Shown in pieces: positions 50,664 through 60,780 of a stretch of 64,000 nt of DNA. The translations under genes and the position numbers were made by a program. Position 1 is the first letter of the stretch. Every line of letters starts with the position of its first letter. The notes under the pieces were generated by a model. The model was not told the DNA's origin, ran no database searches, and was given only the letters and a program-made list of their open reading frames with translations. This DNA is from an uncultured delta proteobacterium. GTDB taxonomy: Bacteria > Desulfobacterota > Binatia > DP-6. Location: positions 64,390 through 128,389 of the forward strand of contig CAWKPA010000003.1 in the NCBI GenBank assembly GCA_963851365.1. The letters run 5' to 3'.

Positions 50664-50899
50664 GACGCCTCCCCCGCCAACATCGCCCGCAGCCGCGTCT
50701 CGAGCTGCGGCAGCCAATCGTCGAGCGGGGTCTCGGCGTCGACGACGATCTCCACCTTGCCGTTCGGCAGCGTGCGGACGGTGCCGGGCGAAGCGGGCTT
50801 CAGCGGGATCACCACCGCCTCGCGCGACAGGCCGAGCCGATCGAGCACCTCGAAGATGCGCTGGATCACGGGCAGCGTGACGGCAGTGAGCGCAGCCAT
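50660..50899 (-). CDS. small protein of unknown function, translationally coupled to the TIR gene
   Basis: 79 aa: MAALTAVTLPVIQRIFEVLDRLGLSREAVVIPLKPASPGTVRTLPNGKVEIVVDAETPLDDWLPQLETRLRAMLAGEAS. Its stop overlaps the TIR start as ATGA. Confidence 0.45.
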   Translation of the reverse strand: MAALTAVTLPVIQRIFEVLDRLGLSREAVVIPLKPASPGTVRTLPNGKVEIVVDAETPLDDWLPQLETRLRAMLAGEAS

Positions 50900-50968
50900 C
50901 GCGCGTGTGTAGCCGGTCCGTCGCGCTCCGGGCAACTTGACTCCCGGCCGTCCCGGCCGGCAGACGGG

Positions 50969-52684
50969 GTGGCCGTGAGCCTCGCCGTCCTCGCCGGATC
51001 CGTGATCGCCGCCCTGATCGTCGCCTACGCGGTCTACGGGCGCTTCGTGGCGGCGCAATACGGACTCGACGCCGGCGTGGTCACGCCGGCGGTCGCGCTG
51101 CGCGACGGCATCGACTACGAGCCCACGCCGCCCTTCTACCTGTTCGGCCAGCACTTCAGCGCCATCGCGGCGGCGGGGCCCATCGTGGGGCCGATCGCCG
51201 CCTGCCTGCAGTTCGGCTGGCTGCCGTGCCTCCTCTGGATCGCGCTCGGCGGCATCTTCATCGGCGCGGTGCACGACTTCAGCGCGCTGGTCGCCAGCGT
51301 GCGCCATCAGGCGCGTTCGATCGCCGAGATCGTGAAGGAGAACCTGAGCCGGCGCGCCTGGGTCGCGCTCATGTGCTTCATCTGGCTGGCGCTGGTCTAC
51401 GTCATCGTCGCCTTCACCGACGTCACGGCCAGCACGTTCCTCGGCCGCATCGAAGAGCTCGACGGCGTGCCGGTGGCGTTCGACGCCGGGGGCGCGGTGG
51501 CCTTCGCCAGCGCGGCCTACCTGACGATCGCCCTGGTGATGGGCGTCTGGCAGCGCGTCGCGCACCCGCCGCTCTGGCTGCTCACCACGATCTTCGTCCC
51601 CGCGACGCTCGGCGTGGTGTGGCTCGGCACGCAGTGCTCCGGCGTGCTCGCACTCCAGGGACCCGCGGCGCAGAAGACGTGGGGCGTCGTGCTGTTGATC
51701 TACTGCTTCGTCGCCTCGCTGTTGCCGGTGTGGTTGTTGCTCCAGCCCCGGGGGTACCTGGGCGGCTTCGTGCTCTACCTGGTGCTGGCGGCCGGCGTCG
51801 TCGGGGTCTTCGCGGGGGACTTCACCATCGCGCAGCCGGCCTTCAAGGGCTTCGACGTCGGGGGCCCCACGGGCGCGCTGTTCCCCTTCCTCTTCGTCAC
51901 CATCGCCTGCGGGGCGTGCAGCGGATTCCACGGGCTGGTGTGCGGCGGCACCACGTCGAAGCAGATCGCCCGGGAAACGCACTGTCGGCCGGTGGGCTAC
52001 GGCGCCATGCTGTGCGAGACTTTCGTGGCGCTGATCGCGCTCGTCACCGTGATGATCGCGAACCCCGCGGTGCGCGCGCCGGCCGGGGCGATCTACGGCC
52101 AGGGGATCGGCCAGTTCGTCGCGGTGGCGTTCGGGCGGGAGCATCTGCTCTTCGCCACGGTTTTCGGGTCGATGGCGTTCTCGACGTTCGTGTTCGACAC
52201 GCTCGACGTCGCCACCCGGCTCGGCCGGTACATCCTGCAGGAACTGTTCGACTGGCGGAGCCGCACCAGCGGCGTGCTGGCCACCCTGGCGACGGTCGGC
52301 GCGCCGCTGCTGTTCCTCGTGAGCGCCGATCCGCCCGCGCCCGGCAAGCCGCCGACCTACATGGCGTTCTGGACGCTCTTCGGCACGTCGAATCAGCTGC
52401 TGGCCGCGCTCACGCTGGTGAGCGTCACGGTGTGGCTCAAGCGACAGGGGCGCGCGTCGTGGTTCACCTGGGGCCCCATGCTGTTCGTGCTCGTGGTCAC
52501 GGTGTGGGCGCTGCTGCTGCAGGCGTACGCCGGCTTGACCGCGCCGCCCGCCGCCGGGCTCCTGGCGCGCGTGAACGGCTGCGTGGCGGTGGCGCTGCTC
52601 GGCCTCGCGTCGCTGGTGGTGGTCGAGGCGCTCCGCGCGCTGCAACGCCCGCGCGAACCGGCGGTCGGATCGATCGCCGCCTGA
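50969..52684 (+). CDS. cstA: carbon starvation protein A
   Basis: 571-aa polytopic membrane protein with the conserved CstA N-terminal domain. Confidence 0.9.
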   Translation: MAVSLAVLAGSVIAALIVAYAVYGRFVAAQYGLDAGVVTPAVALRDGIDYEPTPPFYLFGQHFSAIAAAGPIVGPIAACLQFGWLPCLLWIALGGIFIGAVHDFSALVASVRHQARSIAEIVKENLSRRAWVALMCFIWLALVYVIVAFTDVTASTFLGRIEELDGVPVAFDAGGAVAFASAAYLTIALVMGVWQRVAHPPLWLLTTIFVPATLGVVWLGTQCSGVLALQGPAAQKTWGVVLLIYCFVASLLPVWLLLQPRGYLGGFVLYLVLAAGVVGVFAGDFTIAQPAFKGFDVGGPTGALFPFLFVTIACGACSGFHGLVCGGTTSKQIARETHCRPVGYGAMLCETFVALIALVTVMIANPAVRAPAGAIYGQGIGQFVAVAFGREHLLFATVFGSMAFSTFVFDTLDVATRLGRYILQELFDWRSRTSGVLATLATVGAPLLFLVSADPPAPGKPPTYMAFWTLFGTSNQLLAALTLVSVTVWLKRQGRASWFTWGPMLFVLVVTVWALLLQAYAGLTAPPAAGLLARVNGCVAVALLGLASLVVVEALRALQRPREPAVGSIAA

Positions 52685-52708
52685 GGGCCCGGCCCCGCAC
52701 GCCGCCGG

Positions 52709-53533
52709 TCAGTCGCCGATGCGGCCGAAGCGAGGGGGGCGCTTCTCGAGGAAGGACGTCACGCCCTCCCGGAAGTCGGGCCGCTCGAAGCTCTCGAGCA
52801 TGAGCGTCACGGCCTCGCGTTCGGCGACGTCGAGTCCGGCCGTCCAGTGCTGCCACACCTGGCGCTTCATGATGGCCATCGACGCCGGCGAGCAGTTGGC
52901 GGCCAGATCCTGCACGTAGGCATGGACGAACGGCAACAGCTCGTCGTGCGGCACGATCCGGTTCACGAGCCCGATCCGTTCGGCCTCGGTCGCGTCGACC
53001 TTGCGCGCCGAGAACAGCAGGTCGAGCGCGTGCGCCGTGCCGACGACCCGCTCGAGCAGCCAGCTGATCCCCCACTCGGCGATCAGCCCGCGGCGCGAGA
53101 ACGCGGTGGTGAAGCTGGCGCGGTCCGAGGCGAAGCGGAGGTCGCACGCCAGGACGATCGGCACCGCCATGCCGGCCACCGGTCCGTTGACGGCCGCGAT
53201 GACCGGCTTCCGCAGCGACGCGAACCAGGTGTAGCTGCCGCGGAACTCCGTCATCGCCGGATCGCCCGGGTTGGCCGCCAGCTCGGCCGGCGGCGCGGCC
53301 TGCTGACCGCCCTCGGTGATGCTCTTCAGGTCCTTGAGATCGGCGCCGGCGCAGAAGCCGCGGCCGGCCCCGGTGATCACCACGGCGACCACGCGCGCGT
53401 CACGCTCGGCCGCCGCCAGGGCGTGCTGCACCTCCGCTCCCATGCGCGTGGTCCACGCGTTCAACACGGTGGGGCGATTCAGCGTGACGGTGGCGACCGG
53501 GTCGCGCACCTCGTAGGCGATCTCGGCGTACAT
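52709..53533 (-). CDS. enoyl-CoA hydratase/isomerase (crotonase) family protein
   Basis: VVITGAGRGFCAGADLKDL oxyanion-hole motif. Confidence 0.85.
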   Translation of the reverse strand: MYAEIAYEVRDPVATVTLNRPTVLNAWTTRMGAEVQHALAAAERDARVVAVVITGAGRGFCAGADLKDLKSITEGGQQAAPPAELAANPGDPAMTEFRGSYTWFASLRKPVIAAVNGPVAGMAVPIVLACDLRFASDRASFTTAFSRRGLIAEWGISWLLERVVGTAHALDLLFSARKVDATEAERIGLVNRIVPHDELLPFVHAYVQDLAANCSPASMAIMKRQVWQHWTAGLDVAEREAVTLMLESFERPDFREGVTSFLEKRPPRFGRIGD

Positions 53534-53603
53534 GCGGCGGTCCCTCCCGTGCGCCCCATAGCATCACGTGGAGGGCTCGCGCAGCCCCACGGCGCGCGGG
53601 CCC

Positions 53604-54047
53604 TCAGGCGCCCCGCAGCAGGTTCGTGTACCGCCGCTGCATCTCGTCGGGCGCCACCGCCTCGATGCTGTGGCCGATGTTCCAGCAATGGCCGAAAGGG
53701 TCGCGGATGCGGCCGGAGCGCTCGCCGTAGAACTGGTCCTGCGGCGCGATCTGCACCTGGGCGCCCGCCGCGACGGCGCTGGCGATCACCGCGTCGGCGT
53801 CGTCGACGTGCAGGTGGATCGTCACGGCCGACCCGCCGATCGTCTCCGGGCCGGTGATGCCGTACTCCGGAAACTCGTCCGCCAGCATGAGGGTGGCACC
53901 GCCGAACTCGAGCTCGGCGTGCCCGATGCGGCCGCTCGGCTCGGTCAGGCGGAACTTCTCGCGCGCGCCGAAGGCCTGCACGTAGAAGTCGATCGCCTTG
54001 GCCGCCCCACGGACGCAGAGATAGGGAAACAGTTCATGGACGCTCAT
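53604..54047 (-). CDS. VOC (glyoxalase/bleomycin-resistance) family protein
   Basis: 147 aa. HAELEFGGATLMLADEFPE...HLHVDDADAV. Confidence 0.8.
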   Translation of the reverse strand: MSVHELFPYLCVRGAAKAIDFYVQAFGAREKFRLTEPSGRIGHAELEFGGATLMLADEFPEYGITGPETIGGSAVTIHLHVDDADAVIASAVAAGAQVQIAPQDQFYGERSGRIRDPFGHCWNIGHSIEAVAPDEMQRRYTNLLRGA

Positions 54048-54061
54048 CGGAGGGCTCCTCT

Positions 54062-54330
54062 CATGGCGGGCACCTTTAGCGCCGATCCGCGCCGCGGTCT
54101 TGTACGAAATCGACCTCGCGGACGGCCACGTGGTGCGGGAACCGCGGTGAGGCGCGGCGGTACTCCCCCGGGGTGATGCCGGCCAGCTCGCGGAACTCGC
54201 GATTCAAGTGCGGCTGGTCGCTGTACCCCGCGTCCATTGCCAGGTCAGCCCACGACGCGGTCGGGCACGCCGCGACGCGGTCGAGCAGGCGCCCGCAGCG
54301 CCGGCTTCGATCGGGGGCCAGGCGGTGTCA
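54062..54330 (-). pseudogene. AraC-family regulator, C-terminal HTH fragment only
   Basis: ...LLDRVAACPTASWADLAMDAGYSDQPHLNREFRELAGITPGEYRR is the second HTH of AraC. The in-frame ORF opens only about 82 aa upstream. A secreted-protein gene starts 40 bp further up. Confidence 0.4.
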
Positions 54331-54368
54331 CCCGCCCGGCCCCCGTGATGCTGGGACTGGATGCCGGC

Positions 54369-55172
54369 TCAGTTGAGCGGGCAGCCGATCTCGTTCATGC
54401 CGGCGAACATGTCCTTGAACTTCTCGTACTCGCCGCTGTCGAACGCCTGCTGGAAGAGCGAGACGACCTGGGAGCTCGTGTACGGATAGTTCACGCTCGC
54501 GTTCGACCCGTTCAGCAGCGCCGCCGTCGCGTGCCGCATGAGGGCCACCAGGCCGCCACCCCGCCCCCTGAGCGCGTCGAGGAGCGTCGGGTTCCCCGGC
54601 ACGTCGCGGCCGAAGACGGTCTCGAACAACCCGTCGGGCGAATAGCCGACCCACGAATCGAAGTGCTGGCTCTGCTTCCAGTACCCGGGCGTACACCCGG
54701 CGAACACCTCGACCTCGCAATCCACCGGGATGCTCGTGCCGCCGGCGCCGTCGGTGAGGGGCACCGTGTTGTACTGGACGCCATCCTGGAACAGCGTCGC
54801 GGACCCGCTCAGATCACAGGTCCGGCCCGCCAGGGCGTCCGCGGCCTGCGTGACCGTGAGGTCGAAGGTCCCCGCCAGGGCGTTCGGCGGGTTGTTGACG
54901 ACCGTGCCGTTGGCCGTGCCCGTGATCGGCGGAATGGCCGGGCCGCCGTCCAGACAGGTGACCGTGATGGAATACGGGATGGAGAACGGGCCGTTCTCCA
55001 TGTACTGGCCGGTGAAGCGGAGCCCGATCGTCTTGGTCTCGCAGTCGGGCGTCGCCACCGCCGCCAGCAGCTCGTGCGCCTGCGACGCCCGAGCGCCCAT
55101 CAGCAACACGATCGCGGCCATCGCCGCGGCCCGCCCGAGCTTGCGGGCGGAAGGGAAGGAAGTGTGTGTCAT
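54369..55172 (-). CDS. secreted hypothetical protein
   Basis: Signal peptide MTHTSFPSARKLGRAAAMAAIVLLMGARASQA. Cys-containing, about 267 aa. No family recognised. Confidence 0.45.
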   Translation of the reverse strand: MTHTSFPSARKLGRAAAMAAIVLLMGARASQAHELLAAVATPDCETKTIGLRFTGQYMENGPFSIPYSITVTCLDGGPAIPPITGTANGTVVNNPPNALAGTFDLTVTQAADALAGRTCDLSGSATLFQDGVQYNTVPLTDGAGGTSIPVDCEVEVFAGCTPGYWKQSQHFDSWVGYSPDGLFETVFGRDVPGNPTLLDALRGRGGGLVALMRHATAALLNGSNASVNYPYTSSQVVSLFQQAFDSGEYEKFKDMFAGMNEIGCPLN

Positions 55173-55352
55173 CTGCTGTCTCCTCTCCGGGTGCAAGATT
55201 CTCTTTCAAGCCTGCCCACAGACTGCCGCCGCCTGTCAAGGTAGTAGTGGGGTCTGCCGGACGCGCGGCCTGCCCTCGGCATGTCACTTGAGATGGCACG
55301 AGCCACCAGGGGCGCCCCCGCTGCGCGTCCGGGCGCGCCTTGACGGGCGGGA

Positions 55353-57086
55353 GTGCCCGTAATAGCCCGCTCGAGCCGAACCCCCGGGGGTCCCGTGGCT
55401 TCAGATCGTCCGCCTCCCACCGATCGCCGTTCCGCGGGCGCCCACGCCGTGCTGGTCGCCGTCGCGGGCGCCGCCTCCGCCGGCCTCGCGCTCGCCGTCT
55501 ACGCGAGAATCGCCTGGTGGTCCGTCCCCATCGGCTGGATCGGTCTCGTGCCCTGGCTGCTCGTCCTGGACCGGACGCGGTCCATCGGCGGAGCGCTCGG
55601 CGCCGGGGTCATGATGAGCATCGCGTTCGTGATGGCCGTCCTGCCGTGGCTGCCCCGGATGATCGGGGACTACACGGGGACGCCCTGGCCGATCTGCCTC
55701 TTGTTGGCGCCGATCCTGGCGCCGGTTCTGGAGCCGCAATTCCTCAGCTTCGCGGCGGCACGCCATCTGGCCCGCCAACCGGGCGGCACGGGCTGGTGGC
55801 TGCCGGCGCTCGTCGGCGCTGGGGTCTACGTGGGCACCGAATGGGCGTGGCCGAAGGTCTTCGCCGACACGCTCGGGCACGGCCTGTATGCGTCGCCGCG
55901 GCTCCGGCAGGCCGCCGACCTGATCGGCGCGCACGGCCTCACCTTCGCGACGATCCTCGGGAACGAGTGCGTGCTGGCCGCGTTCCGCGCGCTGCGGGCG
56001 CCCCGGCCGCTCGCCGCCGCCGGACGTGCGCGCGGGTGGACGGCGGGCGTCCTGCCGCCCGCGGCGTGCCTCGTGCTGCTCGCCGGCGGCCTGGCCGCCT
56101 ACGGCGCCGCCCGCCTGGCGCAGCTCCGCGACTCGAGCGCCGGCCAGCCGATCGCGGTCGCCAGCATCCAGGCGAACCTCGCGCACTATGATCGCCTGCG
56201 GCTCGAACTCGGCACCTACGAGACGGTCCGGCGCATCCTCGAGAGCCACTTCACGCTCTCCCGGAAGGCGCTGCGGCGACACCGGCTCGATCTGCTCGTG
56301 TGGCCGGAGACGATCTACCCGACGACGTTCGGGACGCCGCTGACCCCGGAGGGGGAGGACTTCGATCGCGCGATCGCCCGCTTCGTCGCGGACGCCGGCG
56401 CACCGCTCCTCTTTGGCGCCTACGCGACCGACGGCGCGACGCAGTTCAACGCCGCCCTGTTGCTCCAGACCCCGGCCCCTGGGCGGCTGAGCGGCGACAC
56501 CTATCGCAAGACGCGACTGTTCCCGTTCACGGAGTATCTCCCGGGTCCGCTCGACTCGGCGCGCGTCCGGCGGTGGCTACCGTGGGCCGGCACGTGGGCG
56601 CCGGGCGACGGCCCACGCGTCCTGACGATCGGGGCGCGCGGCGCCAAGCCGACGCGCATCGCGCCGCTCATCTGCTACGACGCGCTGGACACCGACTTCG
56701 TCGTCGGAGCGGTGCGGCAGGGCGCGGAGCTGCTCGTCACCCTGTCGAACGACTCCTGGTTCGCCTTCCCCGGCGTGCAGCGGTTCATCCTGATCATGGC
56801 GGCGTTTCGCAGCGTCGAGACCCGTCGGCCCCAACTGCGGTCGACACCCACCGGGGTGTCGGCGCTGATCGACGACACCGGCGCCGTGACGGCGTCCCTC
56901 GACGTCGGCGTGCGTGGCGTACTGTCGGGCACCCTCCGCCCGGCGACCACCCGGACGCTGCTCCTCGCCTGGGGCAACTGGCTACCGCCCGCGGCGTTGG
57001 TCGGCGCCCTGCTGCTGCTGCCCGCCGCCCGTCGCCGCGCTGCGCGTGAGGCGCCGCCACCGGTCGAACGCCGGCAGCGCGCCTAG
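55353..57086 (+). CDS. lnt: apolipoprotein N-acyltransferase
   Basis: N-terminal polytopic membrane domain plus CN-hydrolase domain (VWPETIYPT, RKTRLFPF, ICYDAL). Confidence 0.85.
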   Translation: MPVIARSSRTPGGPVASDRPPPTDRRSAGAHAVLVAVAGAASAGLALAVYARIAWWSVPIGWIGLVPWLLVLDRTRSIGGALGAGVMMSIAFVMAVLPWLPRMIGDYTGTPWPICLLLAPILAPVLEPQFLSFAAARHLARQPGGTGWWLPALVGAGVYVGTEWAWPKVFADTLGHGLYASPRLRQAADLIGAHGLTFATILGNECVLAAFRALRAPRPLAAAGRARGWTAGVLPPAACLVLLAGGLAAYGAARLAQLRDSSAGQPIAVASIQANLAHYDRLRLELGTYETVRRILESHFTLSRKALRRHRLDLLVWPETIYPTTFGTPLTPEGEDFDRAIARFVADAGAPLLFGAYATDGATQFNAALLLQTPAPGRLSGDTYRKTRLFPFTEYLPGPLDSARVRRWLPWAGTWAPGDGPRVLTIGARGAKPTRIAPLICYDALDTDFVVGAVRQGAELLVTLSNDSWFAFPGVQRFILIMAAFRSVETRRPQLRSTPTGVSALIDDTGAVTASLDVGVRGVLSGTLRPATTRTLLLAWGNWLPPAALVGALLLLPAARRRAAREAPPPVERRQRA

Positions 57087-57898
57087 TGCACCTCGGCGCC
57101 GCCCGCGACGGTGAGCGTGATGCCGGTCACGTTCTCCGCCCGGCAGAGATACACGGCGGCGTCCGCGATCTCCTCCGGGGTTTGCTCGCGCTTCAGGAAC
57201 GTGGCCCGCTGAACGAAGTCCTCGAACACGCGGTCGAGCGGCACGCCCGTCATCTCCGCGAGGACGGGGTTCAGCACCTCGGTCCACATCGCGGTGCGGA
57301 TGAACCCCGGGCACAGCGCGTTCACCGCGACGTTCGCCGGCCCCAGCTCTTCGGCCAGCGACTGCGTGAACGAGATCACCGCGGCCTTCGACGCGCAATA
57401 CGCCGACAACCCGGCGCGTCCCGTCTTGCCCGCGACCGACGCCACGTTGACGATGCGCCCGCTGCCGCGCGCCACCAGCAGCGGCACCGCGGCGCGCGCG
57501 CACAGGAACACGCCCTTCACGTTCACCGCGAAGACGCGATCCCATGCCGTCTCCTCCATCGCCGCCACCGGCGCGGCTGCGATGACGCCCGCGTTGGCGA
57601 TCAGCACGTCGAGCCCGCCCAGCCGCTCCGCCACGGCACGCACGAGCAGGTCGACGTCGGACGCGAAGGTGACGTCGGCCGGCACCGCCACCGCGCGACG
57701 GCCGACCCGTTCGACCGCGGCGGCCGTGTCCTCGAGGTCGTCGCCCGAGGCCAGGCGGTAGGGCGTCGCCGCGTCGCGGTCGCGCGCGATGTCCGACACC
57801 GCGACGTCGCAGCCCGCCCGCGCCAGCGCGACGGCGATGGCCCGGCCGAGACCCCGCCCCGCGCCGGTCACCAACGCGATCTTGCCGTCGAGGTCCAC
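57083..57898 (-). CDS. SDR family oxidoreductase
   Basis: ALVTGAGRGLGRAIA Rossmann motif. NAG, Y-x3-K. Confidence 0.85.
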   Translation of the reverse strand: MDLDGKIALVTGAGRGLGRAIAVALARAGCDVAVSDIARDRDAATPYRLASGDDLEDTAAAVERVGRRAVAVPADVTFASDVDLLVRAVAERLGGLDVLIANAGVIAAAPVAAMEETAWDRVFAVNVKGVFLCARAAVPLLVARGSGRIVNVASVAGKTGRAGLSAYCASKAAVISFTQSLAEELGPANVAVNALCPGFIRTAMWTEVLNPVLAEMTGVPLDRVFEDFVQRATFLKREQTPEEIADAAVYLCRAENVTGITLTVAGGAEVH

Positions 57899-57963
57899 GC
57901 GCGGGCCTTACGTCATGAGCGGCGCAGCCGTCCAGTCCACGGCTTCCTGGCCGGCACGACGCC

Positions 57964-60414
57964 ATGCTACGTTCGCGCATGTCCGTTCGCCCGCCGATGT
58001 GCGCGGCCGCGCTCATCCTGGCCCTTGGCGTCGTACCGGCGGGACACGCCGCGCAGCTCGCGAAGCTGGTCAACGTCTTCACCGGCGCCGAGGCCGGCGG
58101 CGGCGACTTCCAGACCGGAGGTGGGGCTGGCAACACCTTTCCCGGCGCCGTGCTCCCGTTCGGGATGCTCGCGTGGAGCCCGGACACGGTGCCGGGCACG
58201 GTGAACCACCCGGGCGGGTATTCCTGGGGCGACCAGCAGGTCCGCGGCTTCAGCCTGACGCACGTGAGCGGCGCCGGCTGCGGCACGCATCAGGACTTCC
58301 CGATCCTGCCGACGACCGTCCCCGTGACGACATCCCCAGCGGTCGCCGGGTCGTACGACGTCGCCCCGGCCTTCGTGCCGTCGTTCACGCACGATCGCGA
58401 ACGGGCCGAGCCGGGCTTCTATCGCGTCGACCTCGACCCGGGCACCCCGCGCGAAATCGGGGTGGAACTGGCCGCGACCACCCGCGCCGGGATCGGACGC
58501 TTCGAGTTCCCCCGCGCGGAGACCGCCAGCGTGCTGGTCAATGCGGGCGGGAGCTCCATGGCCAACGGCCTGGCCATGTTCACGGTGGCCCCCGGACGCC
58601 GCGAGATCACGGGCACCGTCGAGAGCGGCCAGTTCTGCTATCACCTCAATCGCTACACCATCCACTTCGCCGCCGAGTTCGACCGGCCCTTCGCGGCCTG
58701 GGGCACGTGGCGGAAGCAGGCGCTGCTCCCGCGCGGGACCACGACCGCAGACCGGGCGGCGATGCCGTTCCACCTCCGCCCCATCTCGGCGGCGCCCTTC
58801 GCCACCTCCGCCAGCAACGGGGCGCAGGCCGGCGCCTGGGTCACCTTCGACACGCGCGGCGACCGCCGGGTGCTGATGCGCGTGGCCGTCTCGTACGTGA
58901 GCGTCGAGAACGCGCTCGACAACCTGCGGCGCGAGCAGCCCGCCTGGCACTTCGGGCGCACACGGCGCGATGCCCGGCGCGCGTGGAACCGTGCGCTCGG
59001 CACGGTCCGCGTGCGCGGCGGATCGGCTGCCGACCGGCGCACGTTCTACACCATGCTCTACCATGCGCTGCTCGGCCCCACGGTCTTCAGCGACGCCAAC
59101 GGCGACTACCTGGGCATGGACGGCGCCGTGCGGTCGGCCGGCGAGCGGACACGGTACACGACGTTCTCCGGGTGGGACGTCTACCGCAGCCAGATCCCGC
59201 TGCTCGCCCTGCTGGCTCCGGATCGGGCCAGCGACATGATGCAGTCCCTGGTGCGCAACGCGCAGGAGAGCGGGTGGCTGCCACGGTGGTCGATCGCCGC
59301 CGCCCACACCAACGTCATGGTGGGCGATCCCGCGCCGGCCATGATCGCCGGTGCGCACGCCTTCGGGGCGCGCGATTTCGACGAGACCGCCGCCCTGGCC
59401 GCCATGCTGAAGGGCGCCACCGACCCCGTCCTGCAGAACGGGCACGTGCAGCGGCAGGGGCTCGCGGGCTATCTCGCGCACGGCTGGGTGCCGCACGACG
59501 GCACCGAGACCAGCTCCGGCGCGTCGTCGTCGATGTTCGGCACGCCGGACGGCGTGTGGGGATCGGCGGCCACCACGCTCGAGTACGCCACGGCCGACTT
59601 CGCCATCGCCCGTTTCGCCGCCGCGCTCGGCGACGGGGCCACGTGCCGCACCTACCTGGCGCGCGCCGGCGGCTGGGCTTCCCTCTTCAATCCCGCCACC
59701 GGCTACCTGCAGCCGCGGCATGCCGACGGCAGCTTCCCGGCCGCGTTCGACCCGGCGGCCCGCGAGGGCTTCGTCGAAGGCAACGCGGCCCAGTACCTGT
59801 GGATGGTGCCGCACGACGTCGGCCGCCTGACGGCGCTGTTGGGTGGGCCCGCCGCCGCCACCGCGCGACTCGACGAGTTCTTCCGGTTCCTGAACGCCGG
59901 CGACGAGGAACCCTACGCGTACCTCGCCAACGAGCCGTGCGCGCTCACCCCCTGGCTCTACGCATGGCTCGGCCAGCCCGCGAAGACCCAGGACACCGTG
60001 CGCCGGGCGATGCTGGAACTCTTCGACGACTCGCCGGCGGGCTACGCCGGGAACGACGATCTCGGCCAGATGTCGGCCTGGTACGTCTTCGGCGCGCTCG
60101 GCCTCTACCCGGCGATTCCCGGCACCGACGTGCTCGCGATCGGCAGCCCGCTCTTCCGTCGCGCCAGGCTCGACTGGGGTGGCGGCACGCTGACGATCGT
60201 CGGCCGCGGCGCCCGGCGCGACCGGCCGTACGTGCGGCGCCTCGTGGTGGACGGCCAGGCGCACGACCGCCCGTGGCTGCGCGCCCGCGACCTCCGCCGC
60301 GACGCCACGCTGCGCTTCGAGCTGGCCGCCGCGCCGACGGCCTGGGCGACGCGCCCCGACGGCGCGCCGCCGTCGTTCCCGCCGGACGCCGCCACGACCT
60401 GCGACACGCCCTGA
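57964..60414 (+). CDS. glycoside hydrolase family 92 (alpha-1,2-mannosidase-like), secreted
   Basis: Signal peptide. GH92 N-terminal signature NVFTGAEAGGG...GNTFPGAVLPFGMLAWSPDT. 816 aa. Confidence 0.8.
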   Translation: MLRSRMSVRPPMCAAALILALGVVPAGHAAQLAKLVNVFTGAEAGGGDFQTGGGAGNTFPGAVLPFGMLAWSPDTVPGTVNHPGGYSWGDQQVRGFSLTHVSGAGCGTHQDFPILPTTVPVTTSPAVAGSYDVAPAFVPSFTHDRERAEPGFYRVDLDPGTPREIGVELAATTRAGIGRFEFPRAETASVLVNAGGSSMANGLAMFTVAPGRREITGTVESGQFCYHLNRYTIHFAAEFDRPFAAWGTWRKQALLPRGTTTADRAAMPFHLRPISAAPFATSASNGAQAGAWVTFDTRGDRRVLMRVAVSYVSVENALDNLRREQPAWHFGRTRRDARRAWNRALGTVRVRGGSAADRRTFYTMLYHALLGPTVFSDANGDYLGMDGAVRSAGERTRYTTFSGWDVYRSQIPLLALLAPDRASDMMQSLVRNAQESGWLPRWSIAAAHTNVMVGDPAPAMIAGAHAFGARDFDETAALAAMLKGATDPVLQNGHVQRQGLAGYLAHGWVPHDGTETSSGASSSMFGTPDGVWGSAATTLEYATADFAIARFAAALGDGATCRTYLARAGGWASLFNPATGYLQPRHADGSFPAAFDPAAREGFVEGNAAQYLWMVPHDVGRLTALLGGPAAATARLDEFFRFLNAGDEEPYAYLANEPCALTPWLYAWLGQPAKTQDTVRRAMLELFDDSPAGYAGNDDLGQMSAWYVFGALGLYPAIPGTDVLAIGSPLFRRARLDWGGGTLTIVGRGARRDRPYVRRLVVDGQAHDRPWLRARDLRRDATLRFELAAAPTAWATRPDGAPPSFPPDAATTCDTP

Positions 60415-60430
60415 CGCGCGGGCGGGCGAC

Positions 60431-60670
60431 TCATTCCTTCGACTTGAGGCGATCCGCGTTGTCGCGGATGAAGGCGCGAATGTCGTCCGCCATGTCGAGC
60501 AGCCGGAGCCACTGCTCCTTGTAGAGGGTCACCGGGAAGCGCCCGAGCCCGTAGACGGACACCCCGCCCTTCTCCGACACCCGGAGCGATCCGCCCCGCG
60601 CGGCGGCCTGTTTGAGCCGCTCGTTCTCCGCCCGCAGGCGTTCGAGCTCCGAGGCCTCGTCGTCCGACAT
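60431..60670 (-). CDS. small coiled-coil hypothetical protein
   Basis: 79 aa: MSDDEASELERLRAENERLKQAAARGG... Downstream of acyl-CoA dehydrogenase. Low confidence. Confidence 0.3.
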   Translation of the reverse strand: MSDDEASELERLRAENERLKQAAARGGSLRVSEKGGVSVYGLGRFPVTLYKEQWLRLLDMADDIRAFIRDNADRLKSKE

Positions 60671-60780
60671 GACCGGAGCAGATACCAAGCGATCGGCCGC
60701 GGAACCAGTCGCCGGCGGCGGCGCGACCTCGGCGGGCGCGGTAACGACTCTGCCGGGGCCGGCGACGAACAGGCCGTCGC

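Noticed and set aside
47830-52645. 900-aa plus-strand ORF 47830-50532, 494-aa ORF 49428-50912, and 661-aa minus-strand ORF 50660-52645
   Set aside because: These overlap well-supported genes in other frames or strands (ldt, hydrolase, SCP2, TIR, cstA). Composition is low-complexity. Only the last 79 codons of the 661-aa ORF (50660-50899) look genuine.
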